Shown: in pieces, positions 1 through 7,569 of the stretch | How positions within the stretch are numbered: position 1 is the stretch's first letter | Layout of the letters: every line of letters begins with the position of its first letter | Assembly (NCBI GenBank): GCA_031416315.1 | Contig: JANOTL010000126.1 | Span: 1-18,684 of the forward strand | DNA length: 18,684 nt | From: Pseudomonadota bacterium | GTDB lineage: Bacteria; Bdellovibrionota_B; Oligoflexia; Oligoflexales; CAIYRB01 | Direction of reading: 5' to 3' | Notes under the pieces: model-generated | Seen by the model: only the letters and a program-made list of their open reading frames with translations | Database searches by the model: none | What the model was told of the DNA's origin: nothing | Program-made: the position numbers and the translations under genes

Positions 1-166
1 GTTCATCGAGAGCCTGGAGAACGATTTCATCCGCCAGGCGCTCGAGCGTACGGGGAACAATCGCAATCAGGCGGCGAAGCTCCTCGGCCTGAACCGGACG
101 ACCCTGGTCGAAAGGATCAAGAAGAGACGGCTCACGACGCTGAACGAGCCCTCCAAAGAGCTCTAA
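1..166 (+). CDS. 3' fragment of a sigma54-dependent activator (Fis-type HTH_8), 5'-truncated by the window edge
   Basis: Frame from nt 2 reads FIESLENDFIRQALERTGNNRNQAAKLLGLNRTTLVERIKKRRLTTLNEPSKEL*, stop TAA at 164-166. AL..T.GN...AA.LLGL.RTTL is the Fis/NtrC HTH signature. Not in the supplied ORF track. Confidence 0.88.
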   Translation, partial: FIESLENDFIRQALERTGNNRNQAAKLLGLNRTTLVERIKKRRLTTLNEPSKEL

Positions 167-182
167 AGGCGAGGTGCGCGGT

Positions 183-227
183 CCGCCTTCGCCCCAATTA
201 TCCCGCCGTAGCCTTGGCGAAGGCGGG
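183..227. repeat. REP-like intergenic palindromic element
   Basis: CCCGCC-GTAGC-CTTG-GCGAA-GGCGGG at 202-227 is an imperfect hairpin. In addition ccgccttcgcc (183-193) is the exact reverse complement of ggcgaaggcgg (216-226). Confidence 0.5.
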
Positions 228-250
228 CCCGACTAGCGTACCCTCGTCCA

Positions 251-1291
251 GTGACGCGGAAGATCATCCACTTCGACATGGACGCCTTCTACGCCTCGGT
301 CGAGGCGCGCGACGACCCGCGTCTGCGCGGCCGCCCCCTGATCGTCGGCGGCTCGCCGAACTCACGGGGCGTCGTCTGCTCCGCCAGCTACGAAGCGCGA
401 AAATTCGGCGTGCGGTCGGCGATGCCGTGTGCGCAAGCCGCGCGACTTTGCCCCGAGGGCGTCTTCGTCCGCCCGAACTTCGAGAAGTACACGGCGATCT
501 CCCGCGAGATTCGCGCCGTCTTCCTCGCGTACACGCCGCTCGTCGAGCCACTGTCTCTCGACGAGGCCTACCTCGACGTGACGAACAACGCCCACGGACT
601 CTACGCCGTGCAGATCGCGCGCCGCATCCAGCTCGAGATCTTCCGGGAAACCGGCCTCACCGGCTCGGCCGGCGTCGCGCCGAACAAGATGCTGGCGAAG
701 ATCGCCTCCGAGCTGCGTAAGCCGCGCGGCCTCGCCGTGATCCTGCCCGAGCAGATCGCCGAGTTCATGGAGAAGCTGCCGCTGAGGAAGGTGAACGGCA
801 TCGGTCCCGCGACCGAGAAGCGCTTGGCCGCGCACGGCTTCTCCCTCTGCGGCGACGTGTGGCCGTTTTCGGTTCCCGAGCTGGAGCGGCGTCTCGGCGC
901 CCGCATGGGGTCTTGGCTCTACGCGCGAGCCCGAGGCATCGACGAGCGTCCGGTCCAGCCCGATCGCGAGCGCAAATCTTTCGGGAAAGAGCGTACCTTC
1001 GCGATCGACGTCGCCGATCCAGTCACGCTGCGCGCGGAGCTCGCGCAAGTCGCCGTCCACCTTGCCGAAGGCCTGGCGCGCAGACGCATGGCCGGGCGCA
1101 CCGTGACGCTGAAGGTGAAGTATGCCGACTTCGAGATCGTGACGCGGCGCCGGACCTTTCCCGAGCCGGTGGCCGCCGCAGCCGACCTTTCCGACATCGC
1201 CGCGGATTTACTCGCTGCGACGACGGGCACGGGGCGAAAGGTGCGCCTCCTGGGAATCTCGCTGTCCGGGCTGACGGAGCTTGCCCCCTAA
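251..1291 (+). CDS. dinB: DNA polymerase IV (Y-family), 346 aa, GTG start
   Basis: RKIIHFDMDAFYASVE, RGVVCSASYEARKFGVRSAMP, EPLSLDEAYLD, NKMLAKIAS, GIG HhH motif, RKSFGKERTF little finger, VRLLGI at the C-terminus. Confidence 0.97.
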   Translation: MTRKIIHFDMDAFYASVEARDDPRLRGRPLIVGGSPNSRGVVCSASYEARKFGVRSAMPCAQAARLCPEGVFVRPNFEKYTAISREIRAVFLAYTPLVEPLSLDEAYLDVTNNAHGLYAVQIARRIQLEIFRETGLTGSAGVAPNKMLAKIASELRKPRGLAVILPEQIAEFMEKLPLRKVNGIGPATEKRLAAHGFSLCGDVWPFSVPELERRLGARMGSWLYARARGIDERPVQPDRERKSFGKERTFAIDVADPVTLRAELAQVAVHLAEGLARRRMAGRTVTLKVKYADFEIVTRRRTFPEPVAAAADLSDIAADLLAATTGTGRKVRLLGISLSGLTELAP

Positions 1292-1329
1292 ACTCCTTCC
1301 AGAAGGCTCGCCCATCGCCTCTCGCAAAG

Positions 1330-1366
1330 GCCCGATCCTACGGCAAAAACCCCCGTCGGATCGGGC
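1330..1366. other. Intergenic stem-loop downstream of dinB
   Basis: gcccgatcc-t-acgg / caaaaaccc / ccgt-c-ggatcgggc: 13 paired bases with one mismatch and no U-tract after it. Confidence 0.45.
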
Positions 1367-1425
1367 GTGCCTATCCATCGCTCCGCCTTCGTGATATCAA
1401 TCGTCCCCCGCTGGCAAGGAGCTTC

Positions 1426-1851
1426 ATGGAACGCAAAGGCACCAACCGTCCCCGCATCGTCAACCTCCGCGCGATCACGCAGGAGAAGGGCGGCGACAAG
1501 AAAGAGGGCCCTGCCCAGGACGTGACTGGCATCGTCCTCGGGTACCGGATGGTCTTCTCGGAGCAGGCGGAAGTCTGGACCTTGCGCGGCGTCCTCCGCG
1601 ACGGCGCGTTGACGAAAGAAGACGTCGGCGAGCTGAGTTTCGTTTTGATTCCCGGGAACATGGAGCCCGCCACCGCGGTCACGGGCTTCGTCGCCCCCAT
1701 GCCGCCTTATGTGCTGGCCCTCTCCGAGGACACTCTCTGGCAACAACTCCGCACGATGGTCGTCCAGCTCGGCTATGATCAAGAAGGCTTCTACGCCTCG
1801 ATCGGCATGGGTGGTCGTCATTGTTACTACGAAGAGTACAACCGCCGCTGA
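1426..1851 (+). CDS. Hypothetical protein, 141 aa (MERKGTNRPRIV...CYYEEYNRR)
   Basis: 3' part of track ORF 859..1851. ATG at 1426 follows the RBS AAGGAG (1416-1421), codons are mostly G/C-ending, and it fills the gap between dinB and the response regulator. No family recognised. Confidence 0.75.
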   Translation: MERKGTNRPRIVNLRAITQEKGGDKKEGPAQDVTGIVLGYRMVFSEQAEVWTLRGVLRDGALTKEDVGELSFVLIPGNMEPATAVTGFVAPMPPYVLALSEDTLWQQLRTMVVQLGYDQEGFYASIGMGGRHCYYEEYNRR

Positions 1852-1881
1852 GGCGTCCGTCCGGGACGCCGAGCTGAGCCA

Positions 1882-3251
<1,370 letters not shown>

Positions 3252-3255
<4 letters not shown>

Positions 3256-5069
3256 GGTTCTTCCATCCGTTCCGGCGCATCGGCGGGCGGATCTTCGCCA
3301 CGTTCACGTCGCTCTTCGTGCTCCTCGTGACGGCGCTGAGCGTCCTGTCCTTGGAGTTCGCCGACACCACGATCACGGCGAACGCGGCGAACGAGCTGCG
3401 CGTTCTCTCGGTGACGCTCTCCGGGCTGGTGCAAAAGCGCTTGAACCGGATCGAGGAAAGCCTCGTCTCGATGGACGAGCACCCAGACCTCCTGGAGGAG
3501 CTGCGCAAACGCCAACCCGACCGCAAGGCGATCGAGGAATTCACGATCGCGCGGCAGAAAATGCTGCCGCTCTTCCAGGACCTCGCCGTCTACGACCGGA
3601 CCGGCCTCTGTCTCGGCTCGACCGACAAGGAGCTGTGCGGCCTTCCCGGCAAGACGCAGCCCTTCTTCGTCAACGGCCTCAAGGGCTTCAACTTCTCCGA
3701 CATCCTGACGAAGGAGCAGGGAAAGGCCCAGCTCGTGTCGACGCCGATCGTCGCTGGGGCCGTGGTCAAAGGCGTCCTCGTGGGCGAGGTGAATCTCGCC
3801 TCGATCTACGACCTAATGGACCAGAAGCTCGGCGTCTCGGAGACCACCGACGCCTTCCTCCTCGACGCCGCGCTGCGCTTTATCACGCCGGGCCGTACCG
3901 GAACGGACAAGCGCGTCGAGTCGCACTTGGTCGCCACACCCTTGATCAAGCACTTGCGCGACGAGTTCTGGGTCGACCGCTACAAGAACTTCGGCGGCCA
4001 AGAGGTCCTCGGGACGGTCTTGAAGATCCCCGGGCGCAAATGGTACGTCGTCGTCGAGCGCGACCTGAGGGAAGTCACGAGACCCCTGAGCGACGTGAAG
4101 AAGGTGATCTTGCTCACGAGCGTGAGCTTGATCGCGGTCTTGATCCTCGCGACCTTTCTCCTGTCGCGCTCGATCACGCGGCCCTTGCTCGACCTGGTCG
4201 ACGGCACGCAGCGCCTGGCGACCGGGGACTTCAAGAGTCCGATCGAGATCCCGCAGGGTGTCGACGAGGTGCACTTCATCGCGGAGGAGATCGAGAAGAT
4301 GCGCGCCAAGATCGCGGCTTTTCAGGAGCGCATGATCGTGCGCCTCGAGGAAAGCGAGCGGCGGCGCATCGAGAACGAGCGCCTGGCGGCGATCGGCACC
4401 CTTGCCTCCACGCTGGCGCACGAGATCCGCAACCCCCTGAACGGCATGTCGCTGCTGCTGTCGCGGCTGGAGTTGTCGAAGAGCGGCGCCAGTCCCGAAG
4501 GCGTCGTCCGCGACCTCCGCGGCGAGATCGGCCGGCTCGACCGGCTGGTCTCCGACATCCTTGATTACGCGCGGCCCGTGAGCCTGGCGGTCCAGGACGT
4601 CGACGTACGGATCATCCTCGAGTCGACCCTGGAGATCTACCGCGGCCCGCTCGAGGAAAAGCGCCTCAGTTGCTCGCCGAAGATGCCGCTCACCCCCTTA
4701 AAGCTGCGTGCCGACCCCGACAAGCTCAAGCAATGCTTCGTCAACATCGTCCAGAACGCGATCGAGGCCTGCCGTCCCGGCGGCGCCATCGAGATCGAGG
4801 CGCACGGCAACGAGGCGGGCGTGGAAGTCGTGGTGCGGGACGACGGCGTCGGTTTGCCCGCGGGCTCGGAGAGCCGCCTCTTCGACCTGTTTTACACGAC
4901 GAAGGAGACGGGGACGGGTCTGGGGCTCACCACCGTGAAGAAGATCATCGACGCGCACGGCGGCAACATCGCCATCGCGCGGCGCGGTGGCAGCGACCGG
5001 ACCGGGCGCCCGCTCTCCGGCACCGAGGTGCGCCTGAGCTTTCCCAGTTCCCGGAACCGAGAGGCCTGA
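3252..5069 (+). CDS. Membrane sensor histidine kinase (TM, Cache-like periplasmic region, TM, HAMP, HisKA, HATPase), 605 aa
   Basis: ATG at 3252 overlaps the regulator stop (ATGA). Two hydrophobic helices; SITRPL...GDF HAMP; H box LAHEIRNPL; N box NIVQNAIEA; G1 DDGVG; F box FDLFYTTK; G2 GTGLGL. The Cache assignment is inferred from the general pattern. Confidence 0.95.
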
Positions 5070-5087
5070 TTTTCCCGAAATTGGGAA
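5041..5087. promoter_or_regulatory. Candidate tandem upstream activator sites for a sigma54 activator
   Basis: TTCCC-agttcc-CGGAA (5041-5056) and TTCCC-gaaatt-GGGAA (5072-5087), 31 bp apart, about 110-140 bp upstream of the predicted sigma54 start site. Confidence 0.55.
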
Positions 5088-5160
5088 TCTCGCTGTCGGG
5101 TAACAATCGCATTTACCACTAATGTCAGTGGGATGCGCCGGCCAAGGCCGTCGTTTCGAC

Positions 5161-5177
5161 TTGGCCCCGGATCTGCA
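5161..5177 (+). promoter_or_regulatory. Candidate sigma54 (-24/-12) promoter
   Basis: TTGGCCCCGGATCTGCA against consensus YTGGCACGNNNNTTGCW, with exact GG(5163-64)-N10-GC(5175-76) spacing. Intergenic, 65 nt upstream of ATG 5243. Confidence 0.7.
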
Positions 5178-5242
5178 AAGAGGTGTTGGCGATTGGACTC
5201 GTAGAGTTCCGTCGCCCCAAATATTCATGGAAGGAGAATCCT

Positions 5243-5512
5243 ATGAAATTCGCACAAATCCTCGCCGTCGCTTCCGTCCTCGGTCTCTCGGGCGTCGCTC
5301 TCGCCGAAGGCAAAAAAGCCGCACCGGCCAAAAAAGCCGTCGCCGCCGCGCACAAGTGCACGAACTCGAAAGACGCGAAGTGGAAAGCCAAAGGCGCGAC
5401 CGCGGACTCCGCCGCTTGCCAAAAAGAGGGTGGCGACACCTTCGACGGCAAAGCCATCGAAGCCGCTCCGGCCGCCGCCCCCGTCGCTCCGGCCGAAGGC
5501 GCCACCAAGTAA
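5243..5512 (+). CDS. Small secreted Ala/Lys-rich protein with two Cys, 89 aa
   Basis: RBS AAGGAG (5231-5236), ATG 5243; MKFAQILAVASVLGLSGVALA|EG looks like a Sec/SPase I signal (A-L-A); followed by a terminator. Confidence 0.85.
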   Translation: MKFAQILAVASVLGLSGVALAEGKKAAPAKKAVAAAHKCTNSKDAKWKAKGATADSAACQKEGGDTFDGKAIEAAPAAAPVAPAEGATK

Positions 5513-5541
5513 TCTAGATTCCGTCGCTTTCACGGCGATCG

Positions 5542-5583
5542 AAAAAAACCCTCGGTCATGGTTGACCGGGGGGTTTTTCTTTT
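5542..5583. terminator. Bidirectional intrinsic terminator
   Basis: A7-CCCTCGGTCA-tggt-TGACCGGGGG-g-TTTTTCTTTT: 10-bp stem with one G-U pair, A tract before and T tract after, between convergent genes. Confidence 0.9.
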
Positions 5584-5613
5584 AGGGGGCCGAACGCGTC
5601 GGAAGTTGCCGGC

Positions 5614-6297
5614 TTAGTACTGGGAACGGTAGCGGACCTGGAAGGACGCGCTGCAGCCGCGGTCGACCCAAACGCCCGATTGGTCGTAGCCCCAGCTGTA
5701 GTTCTGCTGGCAGTCGGCATTGGAATAGGTCTGGGTCAGGTACGCGTCGACGATCTGCGCGTACGGCTGGCCCGGGATCGTGCAGTGCGCGTAGCGGTAC
5801 TGCGAGCTCGAGCAGCTAAGCTGCGTGGTGCGGATCTGGTTGCCGCCGCCGCCGCCGCCGCGCTGCTCACAACGTTGCGACCAGCTGTCGAATCGACAGC
5901 TCGGGTCGCGGTCACAGGTCCACTGATCGCCGTCGTAACGCGAGCAACGGCCGCCCGGCTGCTGCCAGGTGTCTTCGCACACGTTCCACTGATAGTTGAA
6001 ATTGCAGTTCGGCTGGTCGTTGCAGAGGGACGGGTCGCGGTTGTAGCTGGAGCAGGAACGGTTGCCGCCGCCGCCGCCGCCGCCGCCGCCGCGCGGGTAG
6101 CAAGCGCTGTCGATGTAGTCATAGAGGCATTCGCGCGAGTACTGGTTGCAGGAGTCCGGGTTGTAGTCGAAGTCGCGGCAAAAGCTGTGGCTGAAGTTTT
6201 CGGTCGTGGCGGCGTCGCCGCCGAAATCGATTTGACCTTCGGCCACTGCGGCCGTCGGAGCTGCCAGGGCGAGCACCATCAAGAGATTACGGATCAT
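5614..6297 (-). CDS. Secreted Cys-rich repeat protein with C-terminal DUF3011-like domain, 227 aa
   Basis: RBS AGGAGG (complement of 6307-6312); signal peptide MIRNLLMVLALAAPTAAVA|E; three C-x9-C-x5/6-C-x8-C repeats; C-terminal CSS..YRY..C...L.Q.YS...C....SWG....GVWVDRGC.A.F resembles DUF3011 (recognised by eye). Confidence 0.85.
   Translation of the reverse strand: MIRNLLMVLALAAPTAAVAEGQIDFGGDAATTENFSHSFCRDFDYNPDSCNQYSRECLYDYIDSACYPRGGGGGGGGGNRSCSSYNRDPSLCNDQPNCNFNYQWNVCEDTWQQPGGRCSRYDGDQWTCDRDPSCRFDSWSQRCEQRGGGGGGNQIRTTQLSCSSSQYRYAHCTIPGQPYAQIVDAYLTQTYSNADCQQNYSWGYDQSGVWVDRGCSASFQVRYRSQY
5842..5859. repeat. (GCC)6 tract encoding a poly-Gly linker on the minus strand
   Basis: Six perfect gcc units counted directly. 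Confidence 0.9.
6064..6090. repeat. (GCC)9 tract encoding a poly-Gly linker on the minus strand
   Basis: Nine perfect gcc units counted directly. Confidence 0.9.
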
Positions 6298-6427
6298 CGA
6301 GAAATTCCTCCTAAAAGACGCATGAAAGAAACGAAGTTTCGTGTGCGCCGACCCTAATTCTACGCGCCTTTTGCGGTCAACCTACAGTCCCGCCAGCATG
6401 GCGCGAATTCAGGCGCTTAGTGTTCCG

Positions 6428-7555
6428 TCAACGAAACGTTTCATTCTGTGACTTCGCGAATAGCGTCAATTCGCGTCGATTCGCGCAGAAATGGCGCACC
6501 GCCTCGAGGCGCAGGCCGGCGCTCCCGAAGACCGCCGAGACGGCGTCGAGATCGCGCTCGAGCGCGTCCCAGCGCGAGAGCTTGAGCGTGTGGATCACGA
6601 GGGACTGCGGCGCGAGCGCCGCGGCTAAACGGGCGACGGTTTGGGCCGCGGGCAAGGGTGGGCCGTTGAGGTCGCTGACGAGGGCGTCGTAGGCGTGCGG
6701 CGACGAAAAGGCCTCGACGTCTATTTCGTGCCACGTCACGTTCGCTGCGCCCGCGAGCGCTGCCGGCCGCTCGCGCCGATCCACCGCGGTGACGTGCGCG
6801 GCATTTTCCGCGAGTACGGCGGTCATGCCGCCGGGAAAGGCGCCGAGCTCGAGCCAGCGGCCGGCGCGCGGCGCGCCGCCGAGGAAACCGTCGGCGTAAG
6901 CGAGAGCTTCGGACAGCTTGGCGCCGGCGCGGCTCGGGCGATTCGCGTCCGTGAACCGCCCCGCGGCGAACGGTGAGCCCGTCTCGCGCGGCGTCGCGAC
7001 GCCGCAGAACGCGCGACCGTCGGTGCCGAGCACGTAAAATTGGGGCTCGTCCGCGGAGAAGGGCGCCACGGCTTCGGTCATCCCTGCGGCGGTCGCGAGC
7101 GCGAGCGCGAGTCGCGTGCTGGTTTTGCCGCGGCTCCGCAGCGCGAGCGCGATGACGCGTTGGACGCCGGCTCGACGCGCCGCGGTCACCTGCGCCTCGA
7201 TTGGCGCGTCGTCAATGCGAAGCGCAAAGCGGACGAGAGCTTGCGCCGCACACCCATGCCTCCAAGCCCCAACCTTCTGAGCTTCCGCTCCTCTGCGCTT
7301 CAGCGATCGTCCGGCCGGCCTGCCGTGCAGATCGCTGAGGCGCGGAGGAGCGGAAGCGCAGAAGGGGTGGGCAAGAAGGCCAGTCACGAGGCGTAGTCCT
7401 TCCCCGACTTCCTCAGACAGCTGGCTCTCAGGATGCGCGGCTTTCCAAGCGTCCAACGCGAGCCGGTCCACATGAAGGAGCCAGGTGTCCGAAATCGTGG
7501 GGGGATTCGTGGGATTCATAACGCCTTGAATATCTGTTATAAGCGGCCGGCCCAT
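6428..7555 (-). CDS. FtsJ/RrmJ-fold RNA 2'-O-methyltransferase, RlmM-like; start may instead be ATG 7519
   Basis: PSRAGAKLSEAL, SAM motif LELGAFPGG, VTAVD, LVSDLN, IHTLKL, HFCANRRELTL give a K-D-K-E tetrad and parallel the RlmM motifs PSRSTLKLEEA, DLGACPGGWT, VCDM, FNLKL, REEVT. The N-terminal half is divergent. Confidence 0.8.
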   Translation of the reverse strand: MGRPLITDIQGVMNPTNPPTISDTWLLHVDRLALDAWKAAHPESQLSEEVGEGLRLVTGLLAHPFCASAPPRLSDLHGRPAGRSLKRRGAEAQKVGAWRHGCAAQALVRFALRIDDAPIEAQVTAARRAGVQRVIALALRSRGKTSTRLALALATAAGMTEAVAPFSADEPQFYVLGTDGRAFCGVATPRETGSPFAAGRFTDANRPSRAGAKLSEALAYADGFLGGAPRAGRWLELGAFPGGMTAVLAENAAHVTAVDRRERPAALAGAANVTWHEIDVEAFSSPHAYDALVSDLNGPPLPAAQTVARLAAALAPQSLVIHTLKLSRWDALERDLDAVSAVFGSAGLRLEAVRHFCANRRELTLFAKSQNETFR

Positions 7556-7569
7556 TTCATCACGATTCT

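Noticed and set aside
167..250. LexA/SOS box upstream of dinB
   Set aside because: No match seen to CTGT-N8-ACAG, GAAC-N4-GTTC or GTTC-N7-GTTC; a lineage-specific box cannot be excluded.
859..1425. N-terminal extension of the 330-aa ORF
   Set aside because: Overlaps dinB in another frame and is Arg-rich shadow sequence; the RBS supports ATG 1426.
1411..1427. CTGGCAAGGAGCTTCA as a sigma54 promoter
   Set aside because: Lacks GC at -12 (has CA) and coincides with the RBS and start codon.
5243..5512. RiPP precursor (bufferin/oxazolin type) for the small Cys-containing secreted protein
   Set aside because: No DUF692/MNIO or other modifying enzyme nearby, and a terminator follows immediately.
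6357..6380. Minus-strand TTGACC...TAGAAT sigma70 promoter for the Cys-rich gene
   Set aside because: The spacer is 12 nt rather than 16-18; only the -10-like hexamer is plausible.
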